NCBI GenBank assembly: GCA_050084515.1
Contig: CM114271.1
Coordinates: forward strand, 33,232,001 to 33,296,000
Origin: Blasia pusilla
Lineage: Eukaryota
Length of the DNA stretch: 64,000 nt
Direction: 5' to 3'
The first letter of the stretch is position 1, and each line of letters begins with the position of its first letter. The notes beneath the pieces were generated by a model. The model did not search any database. It saw only the letters and a program-made list of their open reading frames with translations, and was not told the DNA's origin. A program made the translations under genes and the position numbers. Positions 1 through 11,621 of the stretch are shown piece after piece.

Positions 1-211
1 TTATTTGATAGGTTAGTTCCTTGGAACTAGTCCAGGCTTATCGAAGATGAGAGGCTAATAATTCTAAGTGGGGCAAAGCGACAACTAGAGACTAAGAGGC
101 ATTGCGGGTTAGCCACGTAAGCGCAATTCAATGTCAAGGGTAGGCTGCCAGGAGACTTGACATATTAAAGGTTTGCGTTGATGAGGCATCAACCTCTAAA
201 AGAGGGGTGAG

Positions 212-1207
212 TGTCGCGACCCTCATGACCAAACAAGTGCCAAGCGGAACATCGGAACATTAGCGGGCTCACGCTAAGATGGTTTGCGCGTTGGAGTTGT
301 CTCAAAGAGGAGACAAGAGAGGCGAGACGCGAGCGAGAAGTCGCGTTTCAGATGTGATGGTGCGACTCAGAAACCTAGAGCAAGCGCGAATGAGACTTGA
401 AAGAAGTCGAGTCTAGGAAGTGGGTTGCCAAAGGAAAGATCCGGATTTGGAACGCCACTTGCGTTTGAGAGTTTCCGACTGTATTTATGGCCATAACTTT
501 TAGCGCCGAGATGCGTTTGGAGCAAATAAGAGTGCGTTGGAAAGCTTATGAAGAGCCAGTTCAAACACACCAAAGATCGCTGCAAACACATAAGCAGCGG
601 CCGAGATACGACCCGAAAACGATTGTAAGTGGAGTCGGGTTGAGGGCCACAATGAAGGGCCGAACCTCTTTTCCCAAAGGGGAGGGTTATTGGAGAACCC
701 CAGAAGTACTAGTAAGGGGAAGGTCTCCGAGAGTGCTTGGAACCCAAACCCCACTTTGGGCGCCCTTGGGGGCTCAAGGGCATGGAACGGAACGCGAGTT
801 TGGGCGTTGGGTTGGAAAACTGCACCAAGTCCATTGAGGCAATTTTAGACATCCCTCTTGGATTTCAGGCCGCGACTCAATTACTTGGGTCTCGGTTCGA
901 ACTCACACGAGGACCGTTGAGCAGTTGGGATCGCTAGGCGTGCAAGTGCCGTTTGAGATCCCCTGGACTAACCAGAAGTCTGTTCCAAGTCTTGAAGGAC
1001 TTGCCATGTGTTGGGAGCTAGGAACTAAGGAAGGTTGAGCTTGATGAGACGCCGAGTTTAGGACTCGGTGGGTTGGAACGCCGGTTGGCCAAACCCGACT
1101 AACGAGAGTGCGTGTTTGGGTGTAGATCGGCGATGAGTTCGTGACCTACTGAACGCACTCTTCCGCAACACTAAAGATTGACGTTCAAGGAGAGTAGGGG
1201 CGCGACA
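212..1207 (+). mobile_element. 3' LTR (~1 kb) of an LTR retrotransposon whose body lies upstream of the window
   Basis: Ends TGTCGCG...CGCGACA (7-bp terminal inverted repeat); immediately preceded by a purine-rich PPT-like tract AAAAGAGGGGTGAG (198-211). Confidence 0.7.
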
Positions 1208-2987
1208 TTCCTTGCCTAAATACTCTATCTTTTGTAAGGAATTTCTATATTCATACTCTCAAGGCAATTCTTTTGATATTATAGAAGCTACTTCTTTTTA
1301 TGATAAATGGTGATTGAATTGATTTCCAATCATACATTTTTTTTATCCAAGCAGAATTCTCTCCAACTACAAAAGTTTTTTATTGAACCGAGTATTTTCC
1401 TACTCAATCTTGTCATGGTTTTTCTTATTTGCATTATTATCTTAAATGATATGACTATGTATGATTCTATTGCAATGTCGTTGGACATTACTCTATCTCC
1501 TTGCTTATTTTGTTTTACACGCTCTTCTTTAGTCGTTTCTTTTTTTTGTTTGTGGTTCCCCTCTTCATCTTCAATCTCTCCACTATTGTCTTAATACTCA
1601 TATCTCCATCATATTTTCTACATTTCTCCCCATCTTCATCTTATATCCTCTCCAAAATCTCCTCCTAAATATAGCTTTGATCTACCACTCTCAAAATCCC
1701 ACTTGTTTGTCATCCTTACATACCTCATCCAAACCTTTGTTTCTTAATCCCATCTTTTCTACCCTTATCCCTTCTTCTCCTTCTTCATTACCTTACTTGC
1801 CACAATATCGTCATTTATCATCATCTCATTGATTTTCCATTGCTCACCCTTAAAATCCTTCTTCTTCTATTTATGTCCATGCATAAAGTTTGTTTCTTAC
1901 TTCATGATAAAGAGATTGCTTAAATAGGGATCAAATGACTTGATGTTATTGTTGATGGATGCATGGTCCTTCAATCCCTGCCCCATATCTCCTTATCACA
2001 TAATCCCTACTTTAGCCTCATGCATGAGGGCATGGTTAAGAAAATCAATCTCCTTTGATATTTACATCAGAGTCTTCCCTATCCTAAATTCTACATAAGC
2101 ATAATTATTGCTATTTGTCATATTACACAACAAGCAACGCTTTTCCACTACAAATATTTAAGGGTAGAAAATATGGGAGTTGAAAAAAAGGTTTAACCAA
2201 CTAAATTTATGAGTTGGCTATCCTACACTAATTTTGTAATCCTAATGATCAAATGTAGAGCATTATAACTTTTGTGGGCTAATACTAGGATGGAAACCTA
2301 TTGTTATCTCATGACCAAGACATGAGTTGCAAAAGTAAGATGTGAGCCTTGATGCCTATCTTAGATGATGATGGTTTAACGTGAAAGAGTATCATCAAAC
2401 AATAGATGAATCTTGAAAAGAATCAAGTTCCATAAGATTTAGACTCTAAGAAGATTGCAACCTAGCTTGGAACCTGATGAAGGATTTGGGGATTTTCCAC
2501 ATTTGAAGTCATAACAACTAGAATCGAGATAAAATTTGGAAACATGGTATTCCATGGAATGTTTGTGAGAAGCTGATTCTATTGCACTAAAGATCTAGAT
2601 AAAAATATGAGAAATTTTTCGAAAAGTGCCAAAAGAATTTGGAATAATAGGTTGGATTAAGGCCCACAAGAATTGGCCAAAGAGAAATTCCTTGGATAAA
2701 GGGAAGGGATGGGATTGATGGAGTTCTCTAGAATTTTATATAAGGGGGAGAATCTTGGGGGGGAGTTTGGAACCTTAATCCCACCTTAGAAGCCATAAAG
2801 ATTGAACCAAAAGCACAAAATAGATTGAGAAGTTGGAATTAGATTCTTGATACCAAGCCAAGTTCAATTAGTCTTATTTTTGGGACCCTAACCTTAGATC
2901 TTCACCAAGGACCTCAAATATTGAGTTTTGGATAGAGAAAAATTTTAGGTCTATAGATTAGGCAATTAAGATTGCTAGGAACATAAG

Positions 2988-3103
2988 TGTGGTGCGCATA
3001 CACATCGCTACACAACATACATCGCTGTCACTGAACACACACGATCCCATGCTTACTCATGGCATCCAAACAACGAGACAAGAAGTACCAAAATATTTCC
3101 AAT
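2988..3103 (-). repeat. Repeat A2 (3' terminal repeat of element 1)
   Basis: Direct repeat of 3652-3779 (catacacat.gctacacaacatacatcg...gtaccaaaatat.tccaat). Confidence 0.9.
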
Positions 3104-3298
3104 AAAATAAGATCCAATCTCTCTCACAACACCATAATTCTCACGTGTGTGCACTCTCACATATCTCTCTCAATGTCAAACCAAAACCACTCTCCTAATG
3201 AGAGGCTTGGGTTACACTCACAAGGCAAGGGACCATAGCTTCCGCCGCCTCGTGCCAAAAGGTTCAACAAAGAGAGAATGAGCTCTTAAACACACACA

Positions 3299-3333
<35 letters not shown>

Positions 3334-3649
3334 TGAAGTATACCCCCCTCTCCCAAGCTCTCTTCATGTTAACCTATGCTCCCAAGTCACCTCCTTGGCT
3401 CTTGATCTGATGTAGGAGGTCAAGGGCCACTTACCAAAAAAAAGAAAATCGACCATATACTCAAAAGGGTACTTACCTAAAATAGTAAGTTCCTCAATAT
3501 GGCTCTAAATGAGCCGAAACGAAGGGGAAACTTGGTCTCTCAGATTTCCCAGGGCCTTAGCAGGTCATCCTCGACCTCCTAAGCCTGTCCTCTATTATTT
3601 GTGAAGGCGCTCTACTAGATCTCACTGATCTATCCTAAAGGATGTGACA
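3104..3649 (-). repeat. Repeat B2 of element 1, with (CA)n(CT)n expansion at ~3290-3331
   Basis: Direct repeat of 11622-12137. Confidence 0.9.
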
Positions 3650-3651
3650 AT

Positions 3652-3779
3652 TGTCGTGCCCATACACATGGCTACACAACATACATCGTTGTTACCGAAC
3701 ACACACACAAACATGCACGATCCCATGCTTACTCATGGCATCCAAACAACGAGACAAGAAGTACCAAAATATCTCCAAT
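3652..3779 (-). repeat. Repeat A1 of element 1
   Basis: Direct repeat of 2988-3103; joined to B2 by GTGACA-AT-TGTCGT. Confidence 0.9.
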
Positions 3780-3959
3780 CGTCCCCTTAGCTGGTGGTTA
3801 GATCCCTCTAACTCTAGATAGCCATCTATCCCTACCTACCATGATATACATCTCTCAAACGCTAAGAGCAAGAAGATCGGATGCTCATATAGCCCTATCG
3901 TTAGTCGCCTTCTTGTCATCCATGTCCCAGATGCAAGTCAAAATGTAGAACTACCTACG

Positions 3960-4110
3960 CTATGTACATCCGGGACACATCCATCGTCCCTCAAGAACCC
4001 TAGTGAGAGGTGGCGTCAGACATGCATATGCCATCCTCTCGAACACCCATCACATACTAGCATAGTGGCTGCACCACGAGCGAAATCACACAACATACAT
4101 CTCAAGCCTG
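3960..4110 (-). other. PHD finger at the integrase C-terminus (element 1)
   Basis: CMLC...MLVCDGCSRGWHM(frameshift)CLTPPLTRVLEGRWMCPGC, i.e. C4HC3 with the conserved W, then stop. Confidence 0.85.
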
Positions 4111-5100
4111 CAAGAACTACTGCTAAGCTCAGATCAAGTGTACCGTCAATGTTTGGAAGATGAAATGACGCATAGTTACGCACATGATCCTTCCAAACCA
4201 TACCACCACGTCCCTCCAATAAGAGAACACCGGATGGCAAAACCTCACGCACTTTCAAGATGATGCGCCCTGCAATCACATCCAAGATCGTGGGTGCCGT
4301 CTGTTGCAAATTGACATATTCTTTTGGATGAAACCTCCAATAGTAGGTCGATAATCACCTCCCCGAATAATTGCATACCTCAATATATCCCGATGTTGTG
4401 CAATCGCCAAGTTCTCAAACGCCATGGGCATCACTCTTCGAAACAACTCAACCCTCTGAGAACATGCTCGCATCCATACATCAGGGTCATCAAGGTTCAA
4501 CACCTCACCAACATCTCGACGAATGGCCGCACGTAAATCTGGCTCTCATCCATACAAAAGCAAGTACGGTGAGAAAGACGCTAAGGATGCATGTCTGCTA
4601 AATCTGTATCCCATTTCCAATCATGACAATTGGAGGGCCCAATCTCCTAGGTGACCTCTATGCAAGCCATACTTGCGTAATCCTCTCTTTATCATCTGCA
4701 CAACCCTCTCCGCTACTCCATCCGCCTCAAGATGATCTCGCAAAGTGGTGCGGTGGTCAATCAGTGCCTAATTACACAAGGCTTGAAACTCCCAGCGAAA
4801 CTCTGTACCCTGGTCTGTCAATATCTCAGCTGGTGTGCCATAATGACTCAACACTCGACCTAGGAAGGCATACGCTACTCCCTCACTCGCTTTGTCAAGC
4901 AATGCAACCAACTCTATCCACTTCAAGAATTGCTCGACCATCACCAACACATAACGACTATGGCGTTCCGTCAAAGGCAAAGATCTTGCAAAATCCAAAC
5001 TCCATCTATAACCTAAATCCATGGTCAGAAGTGGATGCAACTATGGAGTCGGAGCATTGAACAATGCTCGGACTTGATCACACACCATGCATCTCGCAAC
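4110..5100 (-). pseudogene. DDE integrase (degenerate; most of the HHCC region deleted compared with element 2)
   Basis: RWSLDFA...LVMVEQFLKWIELVAL...PAEILTDQGTEF; C-terminal 'LAIAQHRD..RY', 'ILKVREVLPSGVLLLEG'. Confidence 0.9.
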
Positions 5101-6480
5101 AAACTGCTGAGCATCCCAGGTCTATGTACCACTTGGAAGTGATACTCCCGCAATAAAAGATCCCACCTCGCAAGCTTCCCTATAAGCTTGTCGGACTCCA
5201 TCAACCACTTAAGTGGCTGATGATCAGTAATGATGGTAAAGGGATTGCCGAATAGATAACATCTGAAATGGGCGATAGCCCACACTACCGCCAAGCACTC
5301 ACCCTCATACGAGCTATACTTTGCCTCAATAGTGTTGTTCGAGCGACTAGCGTAAGCCATCATAAACTCTCTACCATCATCGTCATGCTGGGTGAGCACG
5401 ACTCCAAGCCCCAACATGCTCCAATCGGTATGCAACTCGAAAGGACGCCCCCTGATGGGTCTCCTCAATATGGGCGCGGACGTCAATATATCCTTGAGCA
5501 TTTGAAATGCTCTCTCTTGCTCATCCCCCTAGTGCCACTCCTAATCCACCTTGGTCAGCAAGGTCAGCGGCTTTGCAATCGAGCTAAAATCCTTCACGTA
5601 CCGTTGATACAAGTTTGCCAATCCTATGAATGTACGAACTCGACTCACATCCGTAGGGCGTGGAATACGCGAAATAGCCTCTGCCTTCATCTGCTGCACA
5701 CCAAGGCCCCTTGGATATATCGTATGACCCAGGTACTCAATCTGGTCGTAGAAGAACTTGCACGTGCCTGGATGTAGTTTCAGCCCATGTAACTTCAATC
5801 GTCGAAACACCTCCTCTAGATGTCGCTCATGCTCCTCAACCGTAGCACTAAAGACTACGATGTCATCAACATAACACATAGCAAAATCCAAACCTGCCAA
5901 GATCCTATCCATGACCCTCTAAAACTTAGCCGGGGCATTCTTTAACCCAAATGGTAAGAACCGCCAGTGGTACAAACAATCCTGCCTATGAGGATGGATG
6001 CCCCAAAATGCCGTCTTCTATCTGTCCTCCAATTTGATAGGCAATTGAAGGTATCCGACTCGCAAATCCAATGAACTGAAGACCTTTGCATGTCCAATCA
6101 CATCAAGGATCTCTTCAAGAACCCTACATATCGAATTTGTATGCCTATTGATAGGTCAATAATCTCCACACATCCGCCTATCTGTCCAGTTGCCATGCAC
6201 ATCCTTCTTGGCGGGCATGACAATGGCAGAGGCATACTATCCATACGACATCTCCACTAGTCCTACTCCAACCAAGTCTTGGCTCCTACTGTGAATCAGA
6301 GCCCTCTCCATGTCACTGTACCTATAGAATCGTCAGAAGATCGGTGTGTCACTTGACAACTCAATGCGGATCCTTGGACCCTTCAGCGATAGCCAAATCA
6401 TGCATACTAAATGCAAAAAAACTCATGTAACTCCTAAGAAACTGGTGTATCCAGCGCCGCTCTCCTCTTGTCAACTTAGG
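5025..6480 (-). pseudogene. Reverse transcriptase and RNase H (degenerate)
   Basis: RMCGDY, LDLRVGY, LPFGLKNAP, CYVDDIVVFS; RNase H FELHTDWS...YEGECLAVVWA...ITDHQPL. Confidence 0.95.
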
Positions 6481-6759
6481 GCCCATATCTGGCTCCCAAG
6501 TCTCCATCGTGATTACAGTAGGACTCTTCGGAGTGGGTGTCGGTGGTTGCTATGGTGCAACCTCATCTCAGACAACAAAACTCTCATCTCCACGTGTAGT
6601 ACCGGAACCACACTCGATGCTATGACTATCATCTCCTGGCATACCTGCAAAACATCCCAAGAAGTCCAAGGGTGTCTCTCTTGATCATCCCTAGTGTGTC
6701 GATCTCTTCGGATCTCGTCCCCTGCGACTTCCTCAACCGTCTCGGTCTAAGCTAAAAAT

Positions 6760-7580
6760 CCATGTCAAGCAGTTCAGGTCCATCGCTTGACCCAAGACAT
6801 GACGTCATGATGCCTCCGATAGTGACGATACTGCCGTCACTCATGTGGGGAATGCAATTGCTCGCTTACGCTCATTGGCCTTGGGCTCCACCAACCTCTA
6901 TACATTATCATCCCAAACCAAGCCAGATCCGGCCTCCTTGACTGCATAGGAAGCGGGAAAACTCACCAATGTGGGAAAGGCTACCCGTGACATGCCGATC
7001 TTGTTGATCATCGTACCTCATGTGGGACCAAGTTGGTCCACCAAAGACACGGGCGGTGTGCTCTAGAACCTACACTCACCGCATCTAAAAGCATTGTTGA
7101 GCCGATCCATGCACGCACTTGATGTGCACTCGTCACTACTCGTGATCTCGAATCGCCAAAGATCGGTACATTCTCCAGAATATATGCTGGAGGATTGATG
7201 CCCCTGCAAGTGTCACAAAATCCACATCATCTCCCAAAATAACATGGATCAAGTGTCAGCTAACCCGCTACCTTGGCCAGCATGCGATTGGCCCTTACAC
7301 GACCAACCAGCAATGACCAAATTTATGGCCCCTACCCGCTCCAAGTCCCGCGCCCCCAACAATGAAATATCCCGCGGTAGGGAACTGTGGTATCCATGGA
7401 CAGCGGACGTAGACAAAAAGTTGGGAAAACGGAGGCGTAACTGCGCCACATGGTGAAGTGAAGCGCGCCTTGCAACATCATCGATCTCCACATACAAGTA
7501 CTACTGCACGCGTACTTTTGCTTGCAAAACAACAGCTAACCCAATGCTGATCCCTCCAAAGAGATCCAACACCCAAATAC
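6760..7580 (-). pseudogene. Retrotransposon-borne DNMT3-like C5 cytosine methyltransferase domain (degenerate)
   Basis: Read directly from the minus strand, in order: motif I VLDLFGGI, II YLYVEID, IV NLVIAGWSCKGQSHAG (PC to SC), VI YILENVP, VIII SRAHRPCLWWTNL, IX ANERKRAIAFP, X RHVLGQAMD. Confidence 0.88.
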
Positions 7581-7919
7581 CCTCCTCTAGGTGCACCACA
7601 TAATGGGTGTGGTATCCAGGGCGTCATCATAGCACTCTCTACTACCTCTGATCCGTCACACTCTAGTGCAAAGGTCTCGCTCCACGCAGTTTGCACATGC
7701 TCAATGGCTAAGAGTCGAAGCTCCTTAGTTGAGCCCCAAAGTGGCACCTCTCCTCCACGGAGTGATGCGGCTACCATGATACTCCTCTCCATAGAAATGT
7801 TAATAACGGGAGTATCCTTTGCATGGACATGTCCCCCAATCAAGTCACTAGGCCAAGTGATGGCGCTGCTAAATGCTGCTAAGGTCGCTATCTCTCCTGG
7901 CTGTCGCTCAATCAATGCA

Positions 7920-8340
7920 TATGTAAATCGAACGGGTAATGATCTAAGGCACCCATCACCTAACTGCCATCATGGTCTGTAGGACGCTGACTCCTCCCAA
8001 TAATTCAGGGAAAACCCCATCGGGTACAACACTGCTCCACCAACCAAGACGTCGTAGGACTCTACATCGGTCACTATCGCCTTGGCTCGCACCATGGACT
8101 CATCTTTAGGATGTCTCGAGAGAATCCTCACCACGACCTCCTATCGGGATATACTATGTGGTACTTGCTCCACCCAAGGATGTATGGATCCGGAATGGAC
8201 AACGCTCCACATCAGCTCTCGTCAAGCCCAATCCTCTGAATGACGCTTTCCCCAACGTCAGGGGTTGCGCTCCTCAATCCAACAATACGAGTTGCGGACT
8301 AAAAGCTCTACCTCCTGGACTCACCAATTGGAAGACCTCT
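7920..8340 (-). pseudogene. Retropepsin-like aspartic protease remnant
   Basis: QLVLLD*GAQP (D-S-G-A with Ser codon mutated to TGA) at ~8261-8295; downstream 'YDVLVGGAVL' flap/GxD-like region. Confidence 0.7.
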
Positions 8341-9199
8341 CCCGAGTATCTAGCAACCCAACACCAAGAGAAGCCATGGCACGCTCTATCGCGGATCTAG
8401 CCGACATCTCCGCCATCCTAGCAGCCGTAGCCTACCATGAATCTGACGTGGACGGCCCGAGCATCCGCTCCAAGGGCAGGTCCATCACCTCCTCTACAAT
8501 CACCTCTGAACGTGATGCAAGAACTCCAACTCCACGCTCACATAGTGTAGCGGGAGCCAAAACACCTCGGCGGGCGTACCACCCAATGTCATAACATCGG
8601 AAGCAGAAAATAGCGGAGCACGGTACACCATCGTGGCCGCCCCCAACATCGTACTCAACACATGCTCCTCCGAGCATCAACAATAAGAGTCGTCGCATTC
8701 GTTCTCCCATGGCCCTCCATGTTTACATATCAATAACATCACCAACTCTCCGGGAACTCTGATCAAGACCCATTGATGAGGTTCTCATTGCCTCAAACAC
8801 CGTGAAAGACTGAGGAAGCCGGTCTGTTTCCTGCCTTCCCCTCGTTGTGGATCCAACTCTGCAGCTGCTCCACGCGTCACAATTGCGGCGGCCTCCATTT
8901 GGGCAACCCTGCATATCCAACCAAGATCCTCCATATCTCTAGCTGCTCCATATGATGTCAATGCCAGGGATCCGCCATCGGGTAATCTCAATGCCATAGG
9001 AGCAATCTGCTCAAGTAGCTGCTGTATCTGAGCAACCATCCCAACCTCACGCCCGACGTCTCCCTCGACTCGTCTAGGTGGTGGGACTCTACCTCCTCTA
9101 TGGGCAACTCCACCAACCTGTTGGGCAACTCCAGCTCCTTGTCCCCCAATGGGACCACATGGTGCACGATCTCTAGCCCACCCGGAACGACTACTCGCT

Positions 9200-10370
9200 T
9201 TGGTGCCCTCTCTGGCACCCTGAGTCCGGACGTAACTCAGGTTGTAAATTGAAACACCTGGCATGTGTGTGACCATATCTTTGACAATATAACACTGATA
9301 ACCTCTTGGTGCAGCACCATCTCCTCCTCCATGCAGAGGCACACGTCCATGACCCTAACGAGTGCAATTGCACTAATGATGGGCTCCACCACATGACCAA
9401 CAAGTAATGGTAGGCGACTGCTGGTGAGCTGCATATGAAGGCGTAGGTCTCTATGGAATGGCCTCTCGGTATCCTCCCTGCGCTCACGATACCACAGTCA
9501 ACCTATCTTGGAGTCCAAGTTGCTGCACTGGTGGTGCAGGCAATCGTGACTGCTCGCCTAGAACCCATGGTGGCTACGCTCTCCTCCGCCATGTTGCGCT
9601 CAATATTCTTGGCGGTCCTAAAAACATCTCTCAACGTAAGGGAGGTGCTCATAAGAAGCATCCCCTCCTGCACTTGTGTCCCCACGGTCCGGTTCAGCAT
9701 CGCATACCATGACTGGATAGCCTGAGCCTCTATCACCCCTAAGTGACGTTGATCAACCGACGCAAGCAAGTGTAAGCCTCACCCAAACTCTCACCCGGGC
9801 GCCTCTCAAATCGTGGATGCTCCCCCACATTTCCGTCCGTACCCCCTGGTAGCTCCCCTCATTTCAACAAAGAACTCAACCACAAGGTTGAACCTGGGAC
9901 AAACCCCACTAGCATAGTGCAACTGCTCCAACGCGATTGACCCCTCCTAAAACATCACTAGTGGAAGAGGAAGTAGCCTCTCCTGACTCCTCCTCCTCAT
10001 ATGGGAATGGCTCTGTCCATGACACATAGTGTGGATTATAGTAGAGTCACCATGCTTCAATCTCCTGGGCTTATATGTGGGAGAAATCATGGTAATTATC
10101 CATGGGCACCCCCTCTAAATGATGGAACATACTGTTCCATGCTGTAAACGGGTTGAACTCTGTAGAGTTCCTAGCCCGTGGTGAGTCACACCAACTCCTA
10201 AACTCCGCAATGAAGTCGTGTAGCTCTATAGTGCCTACAACACCCGAAAACCTATGCGGTTCTCTACCCCGATCGTCCATCCCGTACGCCCAACTGGTAT
10301 GACCACTCAATGTGTACGGTGGATCACTAATACACTCCTCTATATGCTCCCCCTTGTCTAAAGACGACAT
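9200..10370 (-). pseudogene. gag remnant with CCHC zinc knuckle
   Basis: Gag-like 'FSGVVGTIELHDFIAEFRSWC'; frameshifted knuckle C..CQRYGHTHARC at ~9255-9300. Confidence 0.7.
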
Positions 10371-10955
10371 AGAAGGAGATCAAGGTCGTCCCTCACGTCA
10401 AGACCCTCAAAACCTCGCACCACTCTAGGTAAACCCTACAAACCTCCTTGATGTGCGGTGCAGGTCGAGCGGTCCATTGCGGCACTGGCAACACGGAACG
10501 GCTAAAAACGGCATAGCACTCGAGAATGGGGTGCGGCACTAGGCGGCATACCCTCCTAAATCAACAATTCACATGCTCTGCTCCTTAGTGAAGAATCGGC
10601 TTCACAATCAAGATGATGCGGTACAGCCACGAGCGGCATGGCGTGGAAATTGGCGGCTACGGGCGTCACGATACGGTACTCGATCGTCGTCGAGCGGCTA
10701 CCAATCACAACATAGCAGCATGAAATGAAAACTCAAAACCATAACTCGAGGTCATCTGCCATCACTAGTTGATGACGAAACTGCGATGATGGTGGCGGCC
10801 AAAACAAAGTACGTGGTGGCGGTGCAAGTCAGAGGATCAACGGTCGTCGTGGAAGACCCTCCACTCTGTTATGGCGGCAATGAAAACCAAGGGTGGACAA
10901 TGGCCGAATGCGGCTCTAAGCAGCGCAAGACAGTGGCGGCGGCCGACGGTGGGCG

Positions 10956-11055
10956 GTTGACGGTGACGGTTGACCATCGATGGTGATGGCAGACCATCGA
11001 TGGTGATGGTTGACCATTGACGGTGATGGTTGACCGTTGACGGTGATGGCCAACG
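10956..11055. repeat. 20-bp tandem repeat (~5 copies) in the element 1 leader
   Basis: Unit approx. GTTGACGGTGATGGTTGACC. Confidence 0.8.
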
Positions 11056-11621
11056 CCAATGCGGCGCTGGTTTAGGGTTTGAACAATTTAACCCTAGAAA
11101 TCGCCTAGCAATGGAAAATTTGCAAGATTGACCATAAATTTTTGTCACAACTCCAAATTACGCACCGTTTGTTGTACAGTGTGCACAACTTTAGGATCTA
11201 CAACAATATCAAAAACTATTTTGAATCAAATATTTCAGTAAAAACTGACAGGGACTGTCGTAAAGCCCAATATCTCTTTCTCCTACACAAAATTCGGCGG
11301 CTCTTCCGTGCTGATTTCTCTCAACGAAAATGTAAAACCTATGAGAACACAAATCAGCAAGCTACATGGTGCTCTTGAGAGCACGAGCATGGAGCAATCT
11401 GCGCCCATACTCAATTCCTATCGAAAATTGGGCAGCACTTCCGCATGCCACTCTCCTGTACAAAAAAATTAGCAAAGCAAAATAGCAAACTCGCACGGCT
11501 CTTGCTCCGGTGAGCACTACCATAAGCCATGAAGTGGGGAAAACAGTCCTCCAACTTGCACCAAACATCGAGCAACGACCAAGCTCCCCTATGAAGCTCT
11601 CTCACTCACTCATTCTATCTT

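Noticed and set aside
6760-7580. Host DNMT3/DRM gene or bacterial contamination
   Set aside because: Intronless, colinear between PR and RT, decayed like the rest of the element, and motif order is not permuted as in DRM.
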